64,000 nucleotides of DNA from Patescibacteria group bacterium (GTDB lineage: Bacteria; Patescibacteriota; Patescibacteriia; GWA2-46-9). The stretch is taken from the NCBI GenBank assembly GCA_041675205.1, contig JBAYUF010000005.1:6159-70158 (forward strand), read 5' to 3'. Position numbers and translations under genes: made by a program. The notes beneath the pieces were generated by a model that saw nothing but the letters and a program-made list of their open reading frames with translations, did not search any database and was not told the DNA's origin. This document shows, piece by piece, positions 18,991 through 27,469 of the stretch; position 1 is the stretch's first letter, and each line of letters opens with the position of its first letter.

Positions 18991-19091
18991 AATGGTTTTG
19001 ACGTCCTCCACGATGCCCTGCCATCAGAAACGACCCGTAAACTCGGGTCGTTTCTGGTAGAGGGGAGTGGGACATAGAACTGTGATAGAAT
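18991..19091 (+). repeat. Junction L-B plus right half R4 (hairpin and extended -10)
   Basis: TGGTTTTGACGTCCTCCACGATGCCCTGCCA then TCAGAAACGACCCG..CGGGTCGTTTCTGG..GAACTGTGATAGAAT. Confidence 0.85.
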
Positions 19092-19099
19092 ATTTAAGT

Positions 19100-20278
19100 A
19101 TGCAAAAAATTACTACAAGCGAGTACGCGGATTTGACACAGCACGAACTAGAGGCGCTGAAACATGAGTTTAACCTTGCGGATGCACATACTCATCAATC
19201 GCAATCGCTCACCCAGCGGAAGATTATAAGTCGACTACCAAGCCTCTGGTACCAATCGGAAAGAGCCACACAGGTCGAAATGGAGAATAAATTTATTCGT
19301 TCTTTTTTTCAGTATCATCAACAGCCTACGGCATTGAAAACACCTTCATTGTTAGTCTATGCAGCCTCCATTGGGATGGTAATTGTCTCTAACTATTTCA
19401 AGAAAAAACAACTGTCCGTTCAGCTGATAACCCCTTGTTTTGATAATCTTCCTGACCTACTAAGAAATCTTGGAGTACCAATTAAGCCGTTGCGAGAAGA
19501 GTTATTAGAGGACGCTAGTGCTATTTATCAGAATCTAGAGCGACATTGTAAAAGTGACGTTATTTTTCTTGTCTCTCCCAATAATCCGACGGGGTTTGAA
19601 CTTACAGGTAACGTAGGCACTGACTATAAGGCACGATTTAAGGAACTGATTCGCTTTGCCAAGAATCATAATAAAATCCTTGCGTTCGACTTTTGTTTTG
19701 CTTCGTTTATAGTGCAGGATGCAAAAGTACCTACGTTTGATGTCTACAGCCTGCTAGAAAAATCGGGTGTGAGCTATATTGCCATTGAGGACTCTGGGAA
19801 AACGTGGCCGCTGCAAGATGCCAAGGTGGCACTTATTAAAGCGAGCAAGAATCTTTATCCTGAGCTCCACAATATTCATACGGCGTATTTGCTCAACGTT
19901 TCACCATTTATTTTGAATCTTGTAAGCGAGTATTGTGAAGATTCGATAAAAGACAAGGGTTCTAGTATCAAGAACCTGCTTGAACGAAATCGCAAGATTG
20001 TTAAAAAGGAATTAAGCGGAGACCTGCTTGAGTTTATGGAACCTGGCACACTTGTTAGTGTCGCGTGGTTCAAGATTAGAAATTCGAAGATTATGGCAAC
20101 GACCTTGCAGAAGCATCTCTATCGCAAGGCAAGGGTGTACGTATTGCCAGGAACATACTTTTTTTGGGATAAGCCGACCAGGGGAGAAAGGTATATACGA
20201 ATTGCCTTAGCGCGTGACACGATTATGTTCAAAAAAGCAATCGCAAAAGTTAAGAAGGCTCTCTATGCATACAGGTAA
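19100..20278 (+). CDS. PLP-dependent class I/II enzyme, RohP/MppP-like L-arginine oxidase
   Basis: LTQHE...NLADAH N-terminus, SPNNPTG, DSGKTWP (PLP lysine); gene context. Confidence 0.8.
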   Translation: MQKITTSEYADLTQHELEALKHEFNLADAHTHQSQSLTQRKIISRLPSLWYQSERATQVEMENKFIRSFFQYHQQPTALKTPSLLVYAASIGMVIVSNYFKKKQLSVQLITPCFDNLPDLLRNLGVPIKPLREELLEDASAIYQNLERHCKSDVIFLVSPNNPTGFELTGNVGTDYKARFKELIRFAKNHNKILAFDFCFASFIVQDAKVPTFDVYSLLEKSGVSYIAIEDSGKTWPLQDAKVALIKASKNLYPELHNIHTAYLLNVSPFILNLVSEYCEDSIKDKGSSIKNLLERNRKIVKKELSGDLLEFMEPGTLVSVAWFKIRNSKIMATTLQKHLYRKARVYVLPGTYFFWDKPTRGERYIRIALARDTIMFKKAIAKVKKALYAYR

Positions 20279-21023
20279 AGAACTCGCGATTCCTTTAGTA
20301 TCCCCTATGCTTGACGGGGCGATAGATAAAGAGTCCATCAGACGCCTTGTGTCATTCTGCGAACCGTATGTGGATATATATGTTCCATGTCTTTCTTCGG
20401 GTGAAGGTGAGAAACTTAGTTCGAGTCAGTGGTCAGAAGTGGTTAGTGCAGTGAGAAGCGAAACAGACAAACCCGTCTATTGTGGGATTTTGAAAGAGGG
20501 AAAAGAAGAGGTACAACAGTATTTGGTTTTGGCGGCCAAGTATGGGTGTGAGGGCGTTGTTATTAAGGTGGAGATGCTTCATCCAAACAATGGTTTGGAT
20601 TTTTCTGGCCTGAAGCTCATTCTTTATAATCAAGAGGGGTCTAAAGCAACGGCGGCTGAATTACTACAACTATCAAGGCATCCTCAAGTAGTCGCAATTA
20701 AAGACAGTTCTGAGAATGTAAGTTTATTCAACGAGCTCTCGGAGTCTTTAGCTCGGGAGGGGAGTGCGGTGAAATTATATCAAGGAATGGAAACCACGAT
20801 TCTTCAAACGCCTGACGCCGATGGGATGCTCATTTCATTGGCTAATGTAGAGCCGAGCTTTTGTAGAAAACTGCTATCGGAGCAAGGTGGAAAGGCTGCA
20901 CAAGAGCTCGATGGCTACATTGAGCGCTATAATCTAAAAGACGGTCAGTGGTATAAGTCCTTAAAAGAAGCCCTGTATAGTATGAAAGTCATTAACTCTC
21001 CGCAACTTGTTGGCCAGGAGTAA
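20265..21023 (+). CDS. DapA/DHDPS-family aldolase, RohR-like
   Basis: PCLSSGEG, LYN and AIKDSS Schiff-base lysine motif. Confidence 0.8.
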   Translation: MHTGKELAIPLVSPMLDGAIDKESIRRLVSFCEPYVDIYVPCLSSGEGEKLSSSQWSEVVSAVRSETDKPVYCGILKEGKEEVQQYLVLAAKYGCEGVVIKVEMLHPNNGLDFSGLKLILYNQEGSKATAAELLQLSRHPQVVAIKDSSENVSLFNELSESLAREGSAVKLYQGMETTILQTPDADGMLISLANVEPSFCRKLLSEQGGKAAQELDGYIERYNLKDGQWYKSLKEALYSMKVINSPQLVGQE

Positions 21024-21024
21024 T

Positions 21025-21510
21025 ATGAAAAATATTTACGTAGATTCAGGCGTATTTTTGGCGATGCATAGCATTGATGAAAAAATCCGTGTTACGTGCA
21101 AGAACTTTTTTGTTGCCAATTTTTCAAAGCAGTTGTTCATGTTGCTGGAAGATGTTGGGCAGTGTGATGCCGTGATTTGGAAGGAAGAAAGAGAATTGCA
21201 GGATGCTTATTATCCATTCATGGACAACTTGCATACGTTGATGAAAATCGAGCGAGTTCCTTATAATAAGGGCGCCTTAGAGAATATTGATGAGCTACGG
21301 ATAATTGATAGTAGTTTCTCTATCAGCGACCTTCTGACCTTGTCTCATGTTAAAGCGAGTGGTGCAGTACTGTATACACTTGGGGTATCTCGTTTGAAAA
21401 TTGATAGCATATGTAAAGCCTTGCCTGAACAGGAGGCGAGTGAACTTAGTTTCGAGCAGCAGCTTGAGCGACTATATCAAGAGTCTTTAAAACTAAGAGT
21501 GGGTCAGTAG
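21025..21510 (+). CDS. DUF6190/RohQ-like cyclodehydratase
   Basis: VDSGVFLAMHS..CKNFF..VGQCD..W...QDAYYPFMDNLHT, recalled family signature. Confidence 0.72.
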   Translation: MKNIYVDSGVFLAMHSIDEKIRVTCKNFFVANFSKQLFMLLEDVGQCDAVIWKEERELQDAYYPFMDNLHTLMKIERVPYNKGALENIDELRIIDSSFSISDLLTLSHVKASGAVLYTLGVSRLKIDSICKALPEQEASELSFEQQLERLYQESLKLRVGQ

Positions 21511-21591
21511 CTCCGTGTATACATATCAGGACGGTAACTAGATAAAGCAAAGTTCTGCAGTTGAAGTTCTAGTTTGATAGCTACCCAATTC

Positions 21592-21690
21592 TAGGTTCAA
21601 ACTTGTGTACTAGCCCTGCCATCAGAAATGACCTATAAACTCGGGTCGTTTTTGATAGAGCGAAACAGGACATGGAACTGTGATAATATA
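21592..21690 (+). repeat. Junction with CCCTGCCA plus R4
   Basis: AGCCCTGCCA then TCAGAAATGACC..GGTCGTTTTTGA..GGAACTGTGATAATAT. Confidence 0.82.
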
Positions 21691-21695
21691 ACTTG

Positions 21696-22373
21696 ATGAA
21701 AGACAAAGTCATTGTTATTACGGGTGGAAGCAAAGGCCTCGGCAAGGGTCTCGCTAATATTTTGGCAAATAACAGTAATAGAGTAGTCATTTGCGCTCGA
21801 CATGAAGTTGAATTAGATAAGACTGCGAAAGAGATTGGCGCAATCCCTTTTCTTGCGGATGTGGCAAAAGAAGAGGATGTAGAATTGCTTGCCGCCTATG
21901 CTGTAAAAGAATTTGGATGCATTGATTTATGGATAAACAATGCCGGCATTTGGTTGCCCCATGCATCGATTGAAGACACCGATCTAAAAAAAGTGCAAGA
22001 GATGTTTTTGGTTAATGTGTTTGGTACGATGAATGGCTCAAAGATTGCGCTTACGCAAATGAGGAAACAGGGTCATGGAACGGTCGTTAACATTATTTCA
22101 ACAAGCGGATTAATTGCTCGGCCTCAGTCGTCAGGATATGCGGCAAGTAAGTGGGCAGTTCGTGGATTTACTGATTCAATTCGTGAAGAAGTTAAGGGCA
22201 CGGATATCCATGTTCTGAGTGTGTACCCCGGGGGCATGCAAACAGATCTATTTGGCGAACAGAAACCGGAAGAGATGAATAAGTATATGACGTTCGAATC
22301 AGTGGCAGAGAAAATTATTGAAAATTTAGATGCCCTGGAACCATTGACGGAACTAATCATCAAGCGCACGTAA
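21696..22373 (+). CDS. Short-chain dehydrogenase/reductase
   Basis: TGGSKGLG, NNAG and YAASK motifs. Confidence 0.93.
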   Translation: MKDKVIVITGGSKGLGKGLANILANNSNRVVICARHEVELDKTAKEIGAIPFLADVAKEEDVELLAAYAVKEFGCIDLWINNAGIWLPHASIEDTDLKKVQEMFLVNVFGTMNGSKIALTQMRKQGHGTVVNIISTSGLIARPQSSGYAASKWAVRGFTDSIREEVKGTDIHVLSVYPGGMQTDLFGEQKPEEMNKYMTFESVAEKIIENLDALEPLTELIIKRT

Positions 22374-22498
22374 GTTCTGTTCGTTTTTGATAGAAGGTGA
22401 CGATGATTCTAGTCCCGCTGTGCGGGACGGATTCAACTATTTCCGAGCCGCTCCTTGTTACGATACGAGACATAGTTGAGTACCTCAAAATCCTATTT

Positions 22499-23347
22499 AT
22501 GCGATACGATTACAAAATTAGCCGCGCTGTTTCATTCGCCATTGAAACGCACGAAATTAACCAAAAACAAAAGCGGAAGGGAAAAGATATTGCCTACATC
22601 ACGCATCCTCTCACTGTTGGGCTTATATTGTCGCGCTGCGGTGCTAGTGACGAGGTCGTAGTGGCGGGCATACTGCATGATACTGTTGAGGATAGCGTTG
22701 ACGATCACAAAGTAACTATCGCGATGCTTCAAGAACGTTTTGGTAAGAAAGTTGCTGAACTCGTTACTAGTGTCACCGAAACAAACCGAGCGCTGCCATG
22801 GAGTGAGCGCAAGCGTGAAGCACTCGAACATGTTGCATCATTTTCACATGAGGCGTTGCTGGTGAAATCCGCCGATGTCATTAGTAATGCAACCGAAATC
22901 ATAGATGACCACAAGCATGATGGCGACTCAGTGTTTGCTCGTTTTAATGCGCCAAAGATTGATGTTCTTCAGAACTACTTATGGGTAATTACGGCCATTA
23001 TTAAATGTTGGCCAGACAGCCCACTTGCAGAAGACTTGCGTTCCGTTGCTAATGGACTACAGGATATGGCTGCGCTTCATTTCATGCAGAACCATCGAGC
23101 TATTGTTATTGAGTATCGGGATTACAGTGAAGACATGCCTATTCAGTGCCCGGTGTGTGATTGGAGTGGTACGCCCAAGGAAAGTGGACTCCTCAATACT
23201 GACAGCCAGGCAGCGCTTGATGTCTCCTGCCGTAATTGCGACAAGATTCTGCTCGTCGTAGAGTATGCCTCTGGCAATGAGGTGGGTAACGAAAGTGAGA
23301 TTGCATTTATTCCCAAGATGAAAAAGAAAATGGACGAAAGTAGCTAG
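22499..23347 (+). CDS. HD-domain protein (RelA/SpoT hydrolase-like, HD_4) with C-terminal Zn ribbon
   Basis: H..QKRKG..YITHP, AGILHDTVED, VKSAD; CPVC...CRNC. Confidence 0.85.
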   Translation: MRYDYKISRAVSFAIETHEINQKQKRKGKDIAYITHPLTVGLILSRCGASDEVVVAGILHDTVEDSVDDHKVTIAMLQERFGKKVAELVTSVTETNRALPWSERKREALEHVASFSHEALLVKSADVISNATEIIDDHKHDGDSVFARFNAPKIDVLQNYLWVITAIIKCWPDSPLAEDLRSVANGLQDMAALHFMQNHRAIVIEYRDYSEDMPIQCPVCDWSGTPKESGLLNTDSQAALDVSCRNCDKILLVVEYASGNEVGNESEIAFIPKMKKKMDESS

Positions 23348-23448
23348 GCATTGCTTCGAAGCACTTTCTTTTTAAGCTAGAGTGATCCTGGATCAAGCAC
23401 CGCAAGCGTTTTCAAGTCTGGTACATAAAATCCGTTTGACTGCCGTAT

Positions 23449-23596
23449 ACTGGTTCTAACGTCCTCTATGATGCCCGCCAGTTTGAGCTAGCACGAGAAG
23501 CATCGTTTCAAGATAGTTAGAAATCAACACCCAGGTGAAAGCCTGGGTGTTGATGTTTGATAGGTAAACCAGAAAAGTTTGGAACTGTGATAAAAT
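23449..23596 (+). repeat. Junction L-B plus right half R2
   Basis: TGGTTCTAACGTCCTCTATGATGCCCGCCA then GTTTGAGCTAGCACGAGAAGCATCGTTTCAAGA, as at 11871. Confidence 0.85.
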
Positions 23597-23602
23597 TACA
23601 TA

Positions 23603-24101
23603 ATGCAAGATGTTAACTTTTCAGTTGATGGAAAAAAGCTCACAGGTAACACTTTTTTCCAGAAACACTTCAGTTAAAAAATCCAGCCGCTTTGATTATT
23701 CATGGATGGGAGAGTAAACAGGACAGAGGTTTTTTATTAGCGGAGGCGCTCGCTGAACAACGTGACTAAAAAGTTTTATCACAAATTGCCAGGAGGGGGA
23801 GTTGAGGAAGGTGAAGACATTGAGACTGGATTGCGTCGAGAATCGTTTGAGGAGATTGGTTGTACAATTGAGTATATTCATGAGCTAGGAACTATTGAAG
23901 AATATCGAAATGAATGCAGAAACGGGGGAGGTCGGCATCAAATCTCACATTGCTTCATCGCCGAAATTGCTGGAGATACTTGAAGTTGCTATCGAGAAAT
24001 TAGAAAGCGAGGCAAGTGTTGAAGATTATGAGGGCAAATTTATAAGATTAAGAGATCTTTTGTTTCTTAAAGAAGCAAGTTCGTGGATGCAGATCAATTG
24101 A
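23603..24101 (+). pseudogene. Chimeric remnant: frameshifted alpha/beta-hydrolase 5' end joined to a broken NUDIX gene
   Basis: MQDVNFSVDGKKLTG../IIHGWES fragments, then LPGGGVEEGE..RESFEEIG split over two frames. Confidence 0.7.
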
Positions 24102-24259
24102 AGCCCCTTCTTGATAGCTGTTGTTCTGCTGTGAGGTGGTTTTTAATAATAAAGTAATCATTGACAAAGAAAGTTTTTTTCAATAAGGTGTTGCTCGTCG
24201 TGGATGCGGAACGATTTTTAAAAACGAAGAAAGATTCAAATATTCGGTACGGAGGAATC

Positions 24260-24778
24260 ATGAACGAGGTGAAAACATTGGCACAGGTCTTGGCAAGGAT
24301 GACCTCAGAATTCATGCAAAGCGAAGCATTCAGGTTTCTCGCGAACCGGAGGCAGTATACGAATGAAGTGGTGCGTCGCGTCGATACATCCATCCCTGAG
24401 CTGAGGGTATTCGTTCAGGCAGTTATCTGTGTCTTCGGTAACAGAGGTGCTAGTGGGCTCACATTTGCCCTGGGTATCATCTTCCACTTGGTGGACCAGG
24501 ATACACCAAGTCGGGTGTGGCTTGAAAAGCACTTGCTGTTGCTTGATGACGAGATTGTCGAGAGGGCCGTCGACACGTTGCAGGAGGAGCCCCGCTGTCT
24601 CGTTGCTGCGGGTGAGCGTTCATCCGCAGGTGCTTATGAGGTTGCGGGCACTATAGAAGGCATGGGTACTTTCGAGGGTGAAGATGCAGCCAGGGGCGCA
24701 TTTGCAATCTTCGGATTACTGCAACAACTCGACAATGCACCCGCTGATGACGATCCTGGCTCTGCGTACTTGATTTAA
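24260..24778 (+). CDS. Hypothetical protein, GC-rich orphan
   Basis: GGAGGA SD before ATG 24260; open frame of 172 aa. Confidence 0.65.
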   Translation: MNEVKTLAQVLARMTSEFMQSEAFRFLANRRQYTNEVVRRVDTSIPELRVFVQAVICVFGNRGASGLTFALGIIFHLVDQDTPSRVWLEKHLLLLDDEIVERAVDTLQEEPRCLVAAGERSSAGAYEVAGTIEGMGTFEGEDAARGAFAIFGLLQQLDNAPADDDPGSAYLI

Positions 24779-24898
24779 TCACCACGGGTAACACTCAGTG
24801 GTGCTGACAGGGGGGCGGTCTGATTGGTTGCAACAAGCTTCCAAACGGCCCGCCCCTCGTCCTGTCCAAATATTTAATTTTCATTTGAAACCATAGTT

Positions 24899-24984
24899 CT
24901 CAAGGTGGCCTGCCATCAGACATGACCCGTGAACTCGGGTCTTTTTTGGTAGAGAGGAGTAGCACATGGAACTGTGATAGTATT
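24899..24984 (+). repeat. Collapsed L-A end plus R4
   Basis: CTCAAGGTGGCCTGCCA then TCAGACATGACCCG..CGGGTC..GGAACTGTGATAGTAT. Confidence 0.85.
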
Positions 24985-24991
24985 CGTACGT

Positions 24992-25615
24992 ATGGAACTA
25001 TTTCTAACATCGAGCGTTCACGCTGTGGCGCAAGACATTGCCAAGAAGATTAACCTTGTTAAGGCAAACAAGCTAGTGTTTATCACTACTGCCGCTGAGC
25101 CGAAAGAGGAAGGGGATTTAACCTGGCTTTATAACGATAGACAGGCGTTGGTCGATGCTGGCTTTAATGTCGTTGATTATACAATTACTAATAAGAACAA
25201 AAGCGAGCTAGAGCGTGACCTTGAGGGTTTCGACTACATCTATCTCTCAGGAGGGAATACCGCTTATCTTTTACAACAATCTCAAAAATCAGGATTTGTT
25301 GCTTTGGTAAAAGAACTCGTTCAGAAGAAAGGTAAAGTCTACATCGGGACTAGTGCAGGCTCAGTCATTGCCGGGCCGAGACTCTCTGATTACTACATTG
25401 ACGAATCAACAGAGTTGGAAGACAAAAAAGGATATGGGTTTGTAAATTTTACAATTGTTCCGCATTGGGGTTCTGGTGATTTTAGAAAAACGTACTTAGG
25501 CGAGAGATTGAAGATTGTGTATAAAGAAGATCAAGTGCCCCTACTTCTTCTTACTGATAATCAATACGTTCACATAAAAGATGAGCAGATGAAGATCATT
25601 GATGTGAAAGAGTAA
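24992..25615 (+). CDS. Peptidase E (S51) / class I glutamine amidotransferase-like protein
   Basis: YLSGGNT, YIGTSAGS and IVPH motifs. Confidence 0.9.
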   Translation: MELFLTSSVHAVAQDIAKKINLVKANKLVFITTAAEPKEEGDLTWLYNDRQALVDAGFNVVDYTITNKNKSELERDLEGFDYIYLSGGNTAYLLQQSQKSGFVALVKELVQKKGKVYIGTSAGSVIAGPRLSDYYIDESTELEDKKGYGFVNFTIVPHWGSGDFRKTYLGERLKIVYKEDQVPLLLLTDNQYVHIKDEQMKIIDVKE

Positions 25616-25822
25616 ATCGTGAGTTTTTTATGAAGTTGCTAAAAACAATAAGTGATACAGAAAACCCACCCTGGGGGTGGGTGGGTGGGAAAAGGTGAGG
25701 ATATAGAGACCGGGTTGCGCACGAGACAATCTGCTAGAAGATAGTGAGTAGCAACCTTGTTGAATAGTAGGACAGCGATTATTCCGTAAGGCTTGATGTA
25801 GGACGGAGCCCCATACCTCGAT

Positions 25823-26119
25823 TCAGGGGCCTAAGGTGAGCAACAACAATTGAAACAGCAAGGGAACACCGAGCAACACGATACCCCAGCCAATACCTCG
25901 CCCGAGTTGGATCCATGGAAAGGGGAGCCTTTTGGCCAGTACACCCGGAAGCAAGATGCCTATTACGATCAGAGGCAACCAGATAATCTCGCTGCGAACA
26001 CTCGACCTGAATGTAGCCTGAAAGAACAAGAAAACGGTAACAGTGAGCAGGAGTAGAGAAGGGCTTACCAGAAAGCCGACTACGTATTGAATCAACGGGT
26101 AACGATATCGGGGTGTCAT
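25823..26119 (-). CDS. Small hypothetical membrane protein
   Basis: Three hydrophobic segments; start uncertain. Confidence 0.45.
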   Translation of the reverse strand: MTPRYRYPLIQYVVGFLVSPSLLLLTVTVFLFFQATFRSSVRSEIIWLPLIVIGILLPGVLAKRLPFPWIQLGRGIGWGIVLLGVPLLFQLLLLTLGP

Positions 26120-26334
26120 ATGAATCAAGTATACGCTTGGTGGACCGGTGACTGTGTGGATAAGTGGTGTCGAGCCGGCCGGAGAGTGAACGTCGGGATC
26201 TTGGCGGTTCCAGCCGTCGACGGGGCGGATTGGCTTCGTTCAGCAATTCTTCCGACTGACCTGCTCCTCGTCCTTCTCTGACCTCCAAAATAGTTCTCGC
26301 TAGGATGAAATTTTAATTATGTTAGAATAAAATC

Positions 26335-27015
26335 ATGAAAGATAAAGTCATCGTTATTACTGGCGGTAGTAGAGGTCTTGGGAAAGGGATGGCACAGCTT
26401 CTTGCGTCTAAAAAGAATACAGTAGTAATTTGTTCAAAAAATAAAACAGAAGTTGAAAAGACGGCGAAAGACATAAATGCCACTGCCTTCGTTGCGGACG
26501 TTACCAAAGAAAGCGATGTTAAAGCCCTGGCTGATTTTACAGTGAAACAATTTGGAGGTATTGATGTTTGGATAAACAATGCTGGCGTATGGTTGCCACA
26601 TGCAACAATTGAAGAGGTAGACATGAAACGAGTAGACGGTATCTTTGCGGTAAATGTGTTCGGCACTATGTATGGCGCAAAAACCGCCTTGCTTCAAATG
26701 AGGAAACAGCAATGCGGAACCGTTGTTAATATCGTTTCTACGAGTGGTCTTGATGCGAGGCCGACATCCTCAATCTATGCAGCCAGTAAATGGGCGGTAC
26801 GAGGCTTTACGGATTCCATCAGAGAAGAGTACAGAGAGACGAACATTAAGATACTGGCAGTATATCCAGGCGGAATGCAGACGGCTTTGTTTGATGAGAA
26901 AAAGCCAAATGATATAAACACATACATGAGCTTTGAATCCGTTGCAGAAAAAATCGTTGCCAACCTGGAGTTGGCGGAACCTTTAGAGGAATTGATTATT
27001 AAACGGCCATCTTGA
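26335..27015 (+). CDS. Short-chain dehydrogenase/reductase, paralog of 21696-22373
   Basis: TGGSRGLG, WINNAG and YAASKWAVRGFTDSIREE shared. Confidence 0.93.
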   Translation: MKDKVIVITGGSRGLGKGMAQLLASKKNTVVICSKNKTEVEKTAKDINATAFVADVTKESDVKALADFTVKQFGGIDVWINNAGVWLPHATIEEVDMKRVDGIFAVNVFGTMYGAKTALLQMRKQQCGTVVNIVSTSGLDARPTSSIYAASKWAVRGFTDSIREEYRETNIKILAVYPGGMQTALFDEKKPNDINTYMSFESVAEKIVANLELAEPLEELIIKRPS

Positions 27016-27025
27016 GGGCGGGTAT

Positions 27026-27373
27026 ATGAAACATTACATGAAATTATCAGCAGAACCTTTTCAAAAAATTAAGAGCGGCTCCAAAGTAATAGAGTCACGA
27101 TTATATGATGACAAGAGAAAACTAATTTCGGTGGGCGATGAAATTGAATTTAGTGAGAATGAGTATCCAGAAAGTAAGGTATGCACGAAAGTTTTAGAAC
27201 TCCTACGTTATCCAACCTTCGCTGAGCTTTTTGCAGACAATAATCCGGTTCTATTCGGTGACAGCAGCAGAGATTCTCTTTTGAAAATAATTAGAAAGTA
27301 TTACTCCGACGACGACGAGAAAAAGTTTGGGGTGGTTGGCATTCGTATTGCTTTAGTTGACAAAACCGCATAA
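27026..27373 (+). CDS. ASCH domain protein
   Basis: FQKIKSGSKVIESRLYD..GDEIEF. Confidence 0.88.
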   Translation: MKHYMKLSAEPFQKIKSGSKVIESRLYDDKRKLISVGDEIEFSENEYPESKVCTKVLELLRYPTFAELFADNNPVLFGDSSRDSLLKIIRKYYSDDDEKKFGVVGIRIALVDKTA

Positions 27374-27469
27374 ATTCAGTAGGTTTTCGCCGTACCCAAT
27401 CACGGGTACCAAAACCCTAGTTGCTTAAGGGTTGATGCCCTAGCAACACACAGAGAGGGGTTCTTTCAA

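Larger units (their letters stand above)
11695..25615 (+). mobile_element. tRNA-Trp-anchored tandem gene-cassette array (remnants extend to ~33.7 kb)
   Basis: Junctions ending in CCTGCCA or a near match at 11694, 11870, 12856, 13803, 14651, 15936, 16285, 18514, 19023, 21621, 23480, 24915; cargo mostly co-oriented. Confidence 0.75.

Noticed and set aside
11695-25615. Classical integron with attC sites
   Set aside because: No intI in the window and no consistent RYYYAAC...GTTRRRY boxes; the core is the tRNA 3' end instead.
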